Shown piece by piece: positions 9,715 through 18,727 of a DNA stretch of 64,000 nt. A program made the translations under genes and the position numbers. Numbering within the stretch: the stretch's first letter is position 1; each line of letters begins with the position of its first letter. Under the pieces are notes generated by a model. The model had not been told where the DNA came from, did no database searches, and worked only from the letters and a program-made list of their open reading frames with translations. Location of the stretch: positions 4,268 through 68,267 of the IMG/VR virus record IMGVR_UViG_3300008050_000038; one strand, given 5' to 3'. This DNA is from a virus.

Positions 9715-12111
9715 ATGAAGAAAATATTATTTATATTATTATTATTACCAACGTTATTACTTAGTCAAGATTCTTGGGTTAGATTTCAAGTACAATTTGA
9801 TTTCTATGCTCCATCAGAATCTAACTTTTTTATGGTATCTGATAATAATGGAGATACTTCTATGTTTTTTCAACCAACAAGTCAATATGAATATTTAGAT
9901 ACTGTTATAGATATTAATAGTGGAAGTTATACTATAAGTTTAAGAGACAGTTTTGGGGACGGATGGATTTCATCTCAACCTTCTTCTTTTAGAATGGGGA
10001 ACACATGTCAAGGAGCTATAATAGATTGGAATCCAGTATTAGGTTCATTTTTCCAAAGAGATACTACAGTTAATATTATGCCTTGTCCGCCACCTGGTCC
10101 ACCACCGGCGTGTGTACCAACTTTAATAATAATAAATTTAGATCAATACCCAGAAGAAACTTCTTGGGAAATTGAAGATTCACTAGGTAATATAGTTTTA
10201 ACAGGAGGACCTTATATAAATGTCCCTGACTATCAACCTCAATATATAGTAAATTGTTTACCTCAAGGTAATTTAACTTTTACTATTAATGATACTTATG
10301 GAGATGGATTAGCTGGTACATTGTGGGGAGGACAAGATGGATCGTATTATGTAGTGCAATGTGGAGACACCTTAGTTTTTGGAGATGTTCCTAACTTTGG
10401 CAACGATTCTTCACATACGTTTTTATCTGACACTTGCATACCTCCACCACCTGTACCAGGTTGTATGGATGATGATTATGTAGAGTACAATTCACTAGCC
10501 ACAGTAGATGATAGTAGTTGTGCAATTTTAAAAATATATGGTTGTATAGATAGTGTAATGTATAACTATGACCCTCTTGCAAATACAATGGAGAATATTG
10601 ATTCGTGTGGATATACATTAATATTACACGATCTTATAGGTAATGGATGGGTAGGAACAAGATTAGAGATATGGCAAGATGCAGATACTTCTATATTTAT
10701 TATGACATCGCAGGCAGCTAATCAAAGTTTTAATTTAGGTTTATATGCACCAACTGAAGTTAATATAAAACTTTTTATATCTCAACAAGCACAACACACT
10801 GCTGTTGAATGTGGGTTTACTTTAATAAATCCATTAGGAGACACAACAATAAGTATACAGCCTCCATTTATAATACCTTTTAATACTTATACTGCTAATA
10901 CATATTGTGGTAATATATGTGAAGAAAAAGTTTATGGATGTTTAGATAGTTTAGCATTTAACTATGCTGATACTGCTAATACCTCTTTACCTTGTTATTA
11001 TTATCCTGGGTGTATATCACCAGCATATGTAGAGTATCATGCAGATACTGCTAATAGTTATTATACTGATATAAATATACAAGATAGTTGTATAACCCCA
11101 GCAGTATTTGGATGTACTGATTTATTAGCATTTAATTATAATAATTTAGCTAATGTAGATAATGGAGGATGTTTACCTGTAATTATAGGATGTATGCAGC
11201 CTTTAGCATTTAACTATAATCCTAATGCTAATACTCCTGATACTTGTATTCAAGTTATATTTGGATGTACATCTCCTATAGCTTTTAATTATAACCCATT
11301 AGCAAACACGGATGATGGAAGTTGTGAAAGTGTAGTTTATGGATGTACTGATACTAGTATGTGGAACTATGCTCCTTTAGCAAATATAGATGATAGTTCC
11401 TGTGTTCCATATATATTTGGATGTATGGATCCAACTATGTTTAATTATAATCCTAATGCAAATACTGATAACGGATCTTGTGAACCATTTGTTTATGGTT
11501 GTATGGATTCCACTATGTTTAACTTTAATCCTTTAGCTAATGCTGACAATAATACTTGTATCCCTTTTATTTACGGGTGTACTGATCCCTCTATGCTTAA
11601 CTACAACTCATCCGCTAATACAGAAGATTTCAGTTGTATTGCTTACATTTATGGTTGTACTGATAGTACTTCTATTAACTATGATTCACTTGCTAATACT
11701 GACAATGGTTCGTGTATTGAAGCAGTTGTCGGATGTATGGACCCAAATGCGTGGAACTACAACCCACTAGCAAATGTAATTTTAGGACATGATTCATTAG
11801 GTTGTTTGTATGCTGCTGATTGCAATGCTACAGAACCTGGAGAACCTTATTTTCTAAATGATGAATGTTATGCTTGGGTTATAGAAGTAGATGAGTATTG
11901 TTGTAATAATGAGTGGGATAGTATATGTCAATTAACTTATGATTATTGTTATGGTACTTATACTGGGCCTTTAGTGTCTAGAGTTGTAGAGGCTAGGCAA
12001 TTAATACAAGTAACGGATCTACTAGGTAGACCAAGTAAAGAAAAAAGAAATAAGCTTTTATTATATATATATAGTGATGGAAGTGTAGAAAGAAAAATAA
12101 CAATAAAATAA
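9715..12111 (+). CDS. Secreted Cys-repeat surface protein with T9SS-like C-terminal sorting domain
   Basis: Signal peptide MKKILFILLLLPTLLLS|Q, three D-x-[FYI]-G-[DN]-G beta modules, 13 GCTD-type repeats, a CYAWVIEVDEYCCNNEWDSIC module, and C-terminal LIQVTDLLGR...LLYIYSDGSVERKITIK. Confidence 0.75.
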   Translation: MKKILFILLLLPTLLLSQDSWVRFQVQFDFYAPSESNFFMVSDNNGDTSMFFQPTSQYEYLDTVIDINSGSYTISLRDSFGDGWISSQPSSFRMGNTCQGAIIDWNPVLGSFFQRDTTVNIMPCPPPGPPPACVPTLIIINLDQYPEETSWEIEDSLGNIVLTGGPYINVPDYQPQYIVNCLPQGNLTFTINDTYGDGLAGTLWGGQDGSYYVVQCGDTLVFGDVPNFGNDSSHTFLSDTCIPPPPVPGCMDDDYVEYNSLATVDDSSCAILKIYGCIDSVMYNYDPLANTMENIDSCGYTLILHDLIGNGWVGTRLEIWQDADTSIFIMTSQAANQSFNLGLYAPTEVNIKLFISQQAQHTAVECGFTLINPLGDTTISIQPPFIIPFNTYTANTYCGNICEEKVYGCLDSLAFNYADTANTSLPCYYYPGCISPAYVEYHADTANSYYTDINIQDSCITPAVFGCTDLLAFNYNNLANVDNGGCLPVIIGCMQPLAFNYNPNANTPDTCIQVIFGCTSPIAFNYNPLANTDDGSCESVVYGCTDTSMWNYAPLANIDDSSCVPYIFGCMDPTMFNYNPNANTDNGSCEPFVYGCMDSTMFNFNPLANADNNTCIPFIYGCTDPSMLNYNSSANTEDFSCIAYIYGCTDSTSINYDSLANTDNGSCIEAVVGCMDPNAWNYNPLANVILGHDSLGCLYAADCNATEPGEPYFLNDECYAWVIEVDEYCCNNEWDSICQLTYDYCYGTYTGPLVSRVVEARQLIQVTDLLGRPSKEKRNKLLLYIYSDGSVERKITIK
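10456..11806 (+). repeat. About 13 copies of a ~26-aa (78-nt) GC[TM]DxxAxNYNPxANxDDGSC coding repeat
   Basis: Visible in the translation, e.g. FGCTSPIAFNYNPLANTDDGSC and FGCMDPTMFNYNPNANTDNGSC. The copies are diverged at DNA level and interrupted once by a beta module. Confidence 0.9.
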
Positions 12112-12120
12112 ATAAAACAA

Positions 12121-12519
12121 ATGGCAACATTAACAGCAAAATTAAGCTTATCAAGTTCAAATGTTTCAACAGACAATTTAAGTGTACTCCTAAGTAATGT
12201 TTTAACAGTAGGTGGAGATTATAGAAGTTTTAGAAAAATTATAGCTTCAGGAGCAAGTAATTTAGAAACAGCAAACATAGTAATAAGCAACGCTTCTTAT
12301 GGAAAAGCATATGTTTTACTTCATAACACAAGTATTGTAGCAGCAGAAATAATAACTATAGGTGAGAATGCTGATACTAATGCAACTTTAGATTATACTA
12401 ATATAACTTTAGGAGCAGGAGAATTTGCATTTTACCCTTGGAATTCTACAGTAGATTTAGTAGCAGACGCTGCTTCTGGAGACCCAGTATTAGAAGTAAT
12501 GATATTTGAAGCAGCATAA
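12121..12519 (+). CDS. Small virion beta-protein, paralogue A
   Basis: 132 aa; MATLTAKLSLSSSN...YVLLHN...GAGEFAFYP. Confidence 0.55.
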   Translation: MATLTAKLSLSSSNVSTDNLSVLLSNVLTVGGDYRSFRKIIASGASNLETANIVISNASYGKAYVLLHNTSIVAAEIITIGENADTNATLDYTNITLGAGEFAFYPWNSTVDLVADAASGDPVLEVMIFEAA

Positions 12520-12547
12520 TAAAAATTAAAATAAAAAATAAAAAGAC

Positions 12548-12910
12548 ATGGCAACAGTAAAAGCAACATTAGGTATATCTAGCTCAAACGCTTTATTAGA
12601 TAGTATTAATTTATCTTTAACAAATAATTTAACTACTACAGATCCTGCGGATGTAGGTAGAATCACTGTATTGCATAGTGGACCTACAGAATTAGCAGCA
12701 GCTAGTACTGGAGCTCATTATGTATACATAAAAAATATAAGTAGTACTAACAGCAAACCAGTAGATATTAGAACTGCAGCGGGTACAGCTTATGCTCAAA
12801 TAGCTACAGGAGAATTTGCATACATTCCAGCTAAAGTAAATCTTGGTATAGAGGTAATTGCAATAGATGAGTCTGTAGTAGTAGAATACGCAATATTTAA
12901 AAAATCATAA
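12548..12910 (+). CDS. Small virion beta-protein, paralogue B
   Basis: 120 aa; MATVKATLGISSSN...YVYIKN...ATGEFAYIP, clearly related to the upstream gene. Confidence 0.55.
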   Translation: MATVKATLGISSSNALLDSINLSLTNNLTTTDPADVGRITVLHSGPTELAAASTGAHYVYIKNISSTNSKPVDIRTAAGTAYAQIATGEFAYIPAKVNLGIEVIAIDESVVVEYAIFKKS

Positions 12911-12913
12911 TAA

Positions 12914-13375
12914 ATGGACAATATAAGTGAACATATAAGCTATAAAGAAGCAGTAACAAGTGCTACAGGGTTAAGATTAGGTTTAGATAATACTCCTGGT
13001 CCTGAACAATTAAAATGTATGCAGGAAATTGCTAAATATTTATTTGAACCTTTAAGAGAATGGGTTGGAGGTCCAATAAAAATAACTAGTATGTTTAGAG
13101 GAAAGCCTGTTAATACGGCTATAGGAGGAGCTAAACACTCACAACATATGAAAGGTCAAGCTTTAGATTTAGATGATACATTTGGACACAAAACCAATGC
13201 TGAAATGTTTCATTATATAAAAGATAATCTAGACTTTGATCAATTAATATGGGAGTTTGGAGATGATGAAAATCCTAATTGGATACATGTGAGTTATGTT
13301 ACACATCGTGAAAACAGAAAAAAATTAACATTAGCAAAAAAAATAAACGGTAAAACAAAATATATAAATATATAG
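12914..13375 (+). CDS. Endolysin, peptidase M15 family
   Basis: Zn-binding motifs ITSMFR...N.AIGGA.HSQHMKGQALD and WIHVSY of M15A peptidases. Confidence 0.9.
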   Translation: MDNISEHISYKEAVTSATGLRLGLDNTPGPEQLKCMQEIAKYLFEPLREWVGGPIKITSMFRGKPVNTAIGGAKHSQHMKGQALDLDDTFGHKTNAEMFHYIKDNLDFDQLIWEFGDDENPNWIHVSYVTHRENRKKLTLAKKINGKTKYINI

Positions 13376-13377
13376 AT

Positions 13378-13623
13378 ATGGCAAAGTGGTTAAAGCAAGC
13401 TAAAGTAACAAATAACATTTACACAGGAGATGCAAATTATGTGCATGATCAAGGAATCCCTGCAGCACAATGGGTGATCACTCATAACTTAGGGAAGAAA
13501 AGTTCTGTTACAGTTGTTGACTCTAGCAACCAAGTAGTAATAGGTAAAATAACTTATAACAGTGTTAATCAAGTTACTTTAGACTTTCAAAGTGCTTTTT
13601 CAGGAAAGGCTTTCTTTAATTAA
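13378..13623 (+). CDS. Small fibre-associated protein (HNLG domain)
   Basis: 81 aa; WVITHNLGKK.SVTVVD, similar to the C-terminal domain of the next gene. Confidence 0.6.
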   Translation: MAKWLKQAKVTNNIYTGDANYVHDQGIPAAQWVITHNLGKKSSVTVVDSSNQVVIGKITYNSVNQVTLDFQSAFSGKAFFN

Positions 13624-13656
13624 AATAAAAAATAAACATTATAAAAAACAAATAAA

Positions 13657-16233
13657 ATGGCAAGTATAAAACATTTAGTAGATATAGATCTAAACAATAA
13701 CCAGCTTACAAACGTTAAACTTCAAAACTTAACTTCTGATCCTTCTGGTTTAGCTGGTGAAGGACAGATATATTATGATAGCTCAGCTAACGTAATAAAA
13801 TTTCACACAGGTTCAGATACCTGGGTATCTCTTTCATCATCTTCTGGAGATATAACTGGCGTAACTGCTGGTGATGGTTTAACTGGTGGCGGATCGTCTG
13901 GATCTGTTACTTTAAATGTAGTTGGCGGTACAGGTATAACAGCAAACGCTAACGACATAGCTATTACAGCTGGTGGTGTTGGTACAACTCAACTAGCAGA
14001 TGATGGTGTAACTGAAGATAAATTAGCAAATTCATTGTTAGCTGAAATAGATGCTAATACGGCTAAGAATACTAATGTTAGTACAAACTTAGGAGTAAGT
14101 ACAAGTACTACTACAGTAACGGTTACTTCTTCAGATGGTAATAATGCAACAATACCTGTAGCAACTACTTCAATTGGTGGTGTAATGTCTAAAGCAATGT
14201 TTGATGAGCACACTGCAAATAATGCTAAAAATACAAATGTAAGCACAAACTTATCTGTAGCAAGTAGTACTGGTTCAAGAACTATAGCATCATCAGATGG
14301 AACAAATGCTACAATACCGGTAGCTACAACGTCTGTATCTGGTGTTATGTCAACTGCAATATTTGATGCAGTTACAGCTAATACAGCTAAAACAAGTAAC
14401 GTTACACATACAGGAGATGTAACAGGTAGTGGGGCACTTACAATAGCCAATGACGCGGTAACATATGCTAAGATGCAAAACTTAGCAACTGCTGATAGAG
14501 TCTTAGGTTCTACTTCAACAGGAGTTATAGGTGAAGTTCAGATAGTTGAAGATATGATAGCGGATGATGCAGTTACAGCTGATAAAATAGCTAATTCTGT
14601 AAATAGTGCTATAGCTGCGAATACAGCTAAAAACACAAACGTATCTACTAACTTAGGAATAAGCGGATCAACTGGAGCTAGAACTATTACATCTTCTGAT
14701 GGTACTAACGCTGTTATACCTGTAGCAACAACATCTGTCAGTGGGGTTATGTCACCAACTATATTTGATGCTGTAGCAGCAAACACTGCTAAAACAACAA
14801 ATACAGATGTTGATGTATCTGTAGCAAACTTAAAAACTAGATTAGCTGGTGGGTTTTCAGGTAACGCAGTTACAATTGGTGATGAAAACGATGTAGTAAC
14901 AATAGGTAATGACTTAACAGTAACTGGAGATTTAATTGTATCGGGTGATACTGTTACAGTTAACACTGCTACATTATCCGTTGAAGATCCTTTAATTGAA
15001 CTGGCTAGTGGTAATGGTGCAAATTCAGTTGATATAGGTATATTTGGAAAATACACTTCAACCGGAGCTAAATATAGTGGTTTATTTAGAGATGCTAGTG
15101 ATAGTAATGTTTGGAAATTCTTTAACACAACTGGTAACAGTCATGCTGCTCCTGGAACAGGTACTACTATTGATACTACTAGTGGATTTACTTATGCAGA
15201 TGTTAGAGCAGGAACTTTTTACGGAGCTTTATCTGGTAATGCTTCTACAGCAACTGCATTAGCAACTGGTAGAGAAATTAACGGTGTAGAGTTTGATGGT
15301 ACTGGTAGTATTACAGTAACAGCTGCTGGTTCTACTTTAACTGGAACTTCTCTTAAATCAACAATAGTTACTTCATCATTAACTTCTGTAGGTACAATTG
15401 GAACTGGTGTTTGGCAAGGTACTGCTATAGCTTCAGGGTACATTGCTAATGATTCTATAACAGAAGATAAGTTAGCTAATACACTTTTAGCTGAGATCGA
15501 TGCGAATACTGCAAAAAATACAAATGTTAGTACTGACTTATCACAATCAACACATGCTTCACAATTAACAATTAGTTCTTCTGATGGTACTGACGTAGTA
15601 ATAGCAGAAGCATCTGGAAGTATTGCGGGTGTAATGACAGTTGCACATCACGATAAATTAGATGGAATTGAAGCTGGGGCAACTGGAGATCAAACTAATG
15701 CAGAAATTAGAACAGCAGTAGAAGCAGCATCAGATAGTAATGTATTTACAGATGCTGATCATTCTAAATTAAATGGAATAGAAGCTTCTGCAACAGCTGA
15801 TCAAAGTAAGTCTGATATTGAAGGATTAGCAATACAAACTGTAGGAGCAATAACTTCTGGATCATGGACAGCTACAGACGTTGCGGTTGCCCATGGTGGT
15901 ACTGGAGCTTCAACCGCCTCAGCTGCAAGAACAAATTTAGGCGTAGCCTATGCTAGTGACGAACAGGCATTAGCTGCAGTAAGTGATACAGTTGTTGTTA
16001 CTCCAGGAAATTTAGCAGCAAGATCTTTTACAACAACTGTAGGGGGATCTACAACAGCAAATGTTGATCATAATTTAGGAACAAGAAAAGTAATGGTACA
16101 ACTATTTGATTCAAGTTCTTATGAAACTGTATACGCACAAGTAGTTAGATCTACTACAAACAGAGTTGTATTAACATTTAATGTAGCACCATCAAGTGCT
16201 GATGTAACAGTTTTAGTAACTAGAGTAGGTTAA
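13657..16233 (+). CDS. Long tail fibre protein
   Basis: 858 aa. Contains GDITGVTAGDGLTGGG, repeated DDxVTxDKxAN, 54-aa ANTAKNTNVSTNL...SSDG...GVMS repeats, DKLDGIEAGA, HGGTGASTASAARTNLG and a C-terminal HNLG domain. Confidence 0.85.
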   Translation: MASIKHLVDIDLNNNQLTNVKLQNLTSDPSGLAGEGQIYYDSSANVIKFHTGSDTWVSLSSSSGDITGVTAGDGLTGGGSSGSVTLNVVGGTGITANANDIAITAGGVGTTQLADDGVTEDKLANSLLAEIDANTAKNTNVSTNLGVSTSTTTVTVTSSDGNNATIPVATTSIGGVMSKAMFDEHTANNAKNTNVSTNLSVASSTGSRTIASSDGTNATIPVATTSVSGVMSTAIFDAVTANTAKTSNVTHTGDVTGSGALTIANDAVTYAKMQNLATADRVLGSTSTGVIGEVQIVEDMIADDAVTADKIANSVNSAIAANTAKNTNVSTNLGISGSTGARTITSSDGTNAVIPVATTSVSGVMSPTIFDAVAANTAKTTNTDVDVSVANLKTRLAGGFSGNAVTIGDENDVVTIGNDLTVTGDLIVSGDTVTVNTATLSVEDPLIELASGNGANSVDIGIFGKYTSTGAKYSGLFRDASDSNVWKFFNTTGNSHAAPGTGTTIDTTSGFTYADVRAGTFYGALSGNASTATALATGREINGVEFDGTGSITVTAAGSTLTGTSLKSTIVTSSLTSVGTIGTGVWQGTAIASGYIANDSITEDKLANTLLAEIDANTAKNTNVSTDLSQSTHASQLTISSSDGTDVVIAEASGSIAGVMTVAHHDKLDGIEAGATGDQTNAEIRTAVEAASDSNVFTDADHSKLNGIEASATADQSKSDIEGLAIQTVGAITSGSWTATDVAVAHGGTGASTASAARTNLGVAYASDEQALAAVSDTVVVTPGNLAARSFTTTVGGSTTANVDHNLGTRKVMVQLFDSSSYETVYAQVVRSTTNRVVLTFNVAPSSADVTVLVTRVG

Positions 16234-16236
16234 TAA

Positions 16237-16707
16237 ATGGCAAACAAGTATGAAAAGTTTGGATCTCGTAATTTTCACCCATCAGGAATAGGTACTAGTA
16301 ATGGTGATGGAGAAGGAGATATTATGTATTATGGAGGCACTACAGTTGTTGCAGGTAAAGTTTATATTTTACAACATCAAGAATGTGGGGAAGGAGCAGA
16401 TGATGAAGAGTGTGTTGAATGGGTTGCAGCTGATGCTGATAACGCTAACTCTTCAAATTTAATAGCAGTAGCTAGGGGCTCAGGTGCTGCTAATGTTGTA
16501 GGAATGTTATTAAGAGGCATGGTAACTATAACAAGTGGAGTAGCAGTAGGTAATGGTGGAGGTCCTATATATATTTCTACAACGGCAGGAAGTGTGACAG
16601 GAACAATACCTTCAGCAACTGATGACTACGTTAGAATATTAGGATATGCAATAAAAGATAATGTAATGTGGTTTAGCCCAGATAACAGTTATATAAAAAT
16701 AGGATAA
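16237..16707 (+). CDS. Fibre-associated structural protein
   Basis: 156 aa; W.AADA...LIAVA...MLLRG...PIYIST.AG...YVRILGY pattern seen in phage tail-associated domains. Confidence 0.55.
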   Translation: MANKYEKFGSRNFHPSGIGTSNGDGEGDIMYYGGTTVVAGKVYILQHQECGEGADDEECVEWVAADADNANSSNLIAVARGSGAANVVGMLLRGMVTITSGVAVGNGGGPIYISTTAGSVTGTIPSATDDYVRILGYAIKDNVMWFSPDNSYIKIG

Positions 16708-17648
16708 TGCCAAATATAAGTCATATAAATAATAAAGCAATAGCAGATGTAGCTGTATTTAATGGTAAAAATATTAGCGATATAGGTGAGGTAATTACAC
16801 TTACTGCTGCTACTACACCAAGCTTTGCTGATTCTTTTGCAGTTGCTAAATCTATAACTACTGGAACAGCACAAGCAGTTTATATTGCAGATAGTGATGG
16901 TCATTTTAATTTTACACATAATCAAGCATATACAATATCATTTTGGATAAAGCCTGGTTGGAATAGTTCTTTAAATACTAATGTACATTTGTTTTCATCA
17001 ACTACTGCTGGTTCAACAAGTGCAAATGATAACATGATTAGATTGTTTTATCATGAATCATTAAACAGATTATATTTTGAGTATCGCTCTGCATCTAATG
17101 CAAAGAAATCTAATTTTTATTTATTTCACTCTAACTCTGGAAATCATGCAGCAGCATATGCAGCAGCTGGATTAGGTTCTACGTATTGGAGTGCTGCAAA
17201 TAGAGGAAACGTTGGAGATGATGACTTTACAATGATTACTGTTGCAAAATCAACAACAAATTCTGCTGGATCTAGTTATGCAAAAGTTTATTGGAATGGT
17301 ACTTGGTTAGGTAATGGACATTATGGATCAAACGGAACTGGACAAGGAACTCCTAATATGACTAGCGTTGATAGACAAATAGCATTGGGTAGTAATACTT
17401 GGACTTATTCAAAATCTGGTAATAGTACAGAAACACAATTTAATGATTTAACTATTTGGAATAAACAATTATCAGCATCTGAAATATCAGAACTTTATAA
17501 TAGTGGAGCAAGATTAGATGCAACAACACATAGTGCTGCTGCTAATTTACAAATGTATTATAAATTAGAAAATAACGGTAATGACACTAGTGGTAATTCT
17601 GCTCCTGCATTTGCAGTAAATGGTAACTCTAACTTTGAATCAGTATAA
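16707..17648 (+). CDS. LamG/concanavalin A-like lectin domain protein (receptor binding)
   Basis: YTISFWIKP, KVYWNG, FNDLTIWNKQLSASEISELYN and YYKLENNGNDTSGN are hallmark LamG-like motifs. Confidence 0.85.
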   Translation: MPNISHINNKAIADVAVFNGKNISDIGEVITLTAATTPSFADSFAVAKSITTGTAQAVYIADSDGHFNFTHNQAYTISFWIKPGWNSSLNTNVHLFSSTTAGSTSANDNMIRLFYHESLNRLYFEYRSASNAKKSNFYLFHSNSGNHAAAYAAAGLGSTYWSAANRGNVGDDDFTMITVAKSTTNSAGSSYAKVYWNGTWLGNGHYGSNGTGQGTPNMTSVDRQIALGSNTWTYSKSGNSTETQFNDLTIWNKQLSASEISELYNSGARLDATTHSAAANLQMYYKLENNGNDTSGNSAPAFAVNGNSNFESV

Positions 17649-17902
17649 TGAATTACTATATAATAAATACAAATTCTTTTGCACTATCAGATAAAAGTAA
17701 AATAATATATTTACACAAAAGTATAGATGAAACAAAATATATAATAGTTACAAGTGAAACAATTGATGGTTATATAGCTACATTTGAATCTGCGGCAGCT
17801 TTAGAAGAATATACTAAAGAATATCCATCTGGGTGGGTAGGAGATAATACAGGTATAACACAAGAAGAAATGGAGGATATTAAATATATAGAAGGAATAT
17901 AA
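17648..17902 (+). CDS. Small hypothetical protein (LamG partner/chaperone-like)
   Basis: 84 aa, TAATG-coupled to both neighbouring genes. Confidence 0.55.
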   Translation: MNYYIINTNSFALSDKSKIIYLHKSIDETKYIIVTSETIDGYIATFESAAALEEYTKEYPSGWVGDNTGITQEEMEDIKYIEGI

Positions 17903-18330
17903 TGTTAGTATATAAAAAAATATCAGGCAACACTGCTAAAGAAATAATTCCAGTATTTGATTTAATATCAGATACTAATAATATTAAAAACAGTAAAGAA
18001 AAGCCTTTTAGTAAAATTAAAAATATTAGTATTTGTAATACACACGCTACTAATGATGTATATTTAGATCTATATTATAGTTATTATGAATACGAAATTG
18101 CATCTGAAAATAATTGGGATGCAGAAGTTTATCCAGACATTCATCCAACAAATAAGTATACTACAAGTATTACAAATTATTATTTAGCAAAAGAACTTTT
18201 AGTTGATCATGGTAATACATTAGTTTTAGAAGAGGAAGACTTTATAGATTTTAATAATAAAGAATATTCATTAGCAATTAAACTAAAAGAAGCAGATGGA
18301 TCTGTAGATATTATAATAAATAAAATTTAA
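17902..18330 (+). CDS. Hypothetical structural beta-protein
   Basis: 142 aa with IKNISICNTHATNDVYLDLY; translationally coupled to the upstream gene. Confidence 0.55.
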   Translation: MLVYKKISGNTAKEIIPVFDLISDTNNIKNSKEKPFSKIKNISICNTHATNDVYLDLYYSYYEYEIASENNWDAEVYPDIHPTNKYTTSITNYYLAKELLVDHGNTLVLEEEDFIDFNNKEYSLAIKLKEADGSVDIIINKI

Positions 18331-18333
18331 ATT

Positions 18334-18726
18334 ATGAGTATAATAAGTAAAATATTTTCAGGAGGAGCAACAGAACTTATAAAAGGTGTAGGTGGAGTTA
18401 TAGATAACTTACATACATCTGGAGAAGAAAAGCTTCAGGCTGAATTAAAAGTAAAGGAATTAATAGCTAACTACGAAACTCAAATGGAAAAAGAAATAAC
18501 TTCCAGATGGGAAGCGGACATGAAATCTGATTCTTGGTTATCTAAAAATGTTAGACCGCTAGTATTAGTATTCTTAGTATTATCAACAGTTATAATGATA
18601 TTTATTGATGCTGGTACTATTAAGTTTGTGGTGGAAGACAAATGGACAGATTTATTACAATTAGTTTTAATTACAGTAATTGGAGCTTATTTTGGAGGTA
18701 GATCTATAGAAAAAACAAAAAAGTAA
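18334..18726 (+). CDS. Holin (3TM, GTA-holin-like)
   Basis: RWEADMKSDSWLSKNVRPL followed by TM segments and GAYFGGRSIEK, characteristic of the 3TM holin family. Confidence 0.85.
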   Translation: MSIISKIFSGGATELIKGVGGVIDNLHTSGEEKLQAELKVKELIANYETQMEKEITSRWEADMKSDSWLSKNVRPLVLVFLVLSTVIMIFIDAGTIKFVVEDKWTDLLQLVLITVIGAYFGGRSIEKTKK

Positions 18727-18727
18727 T

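Noticed and set aside
10456-11806. CRISPR array or DGR template/variable repeat
   Set aside because: The repeats are degenerate in-frame protein repeats without unique spacers. There is no reverse transcriptase or cas gene in the window, and I saw no adenine-specific repeat pair.
13989-15443. Antisense ORFs in the fibre gene (also 214-525, 27812-28525, 35256-35651, 42075-42758, 49733-50047 and similar)
   Set aside because: These are shadow ORFs caused by codon bias of the real opposite-strand genes; they show no motifs or plausible leaders.
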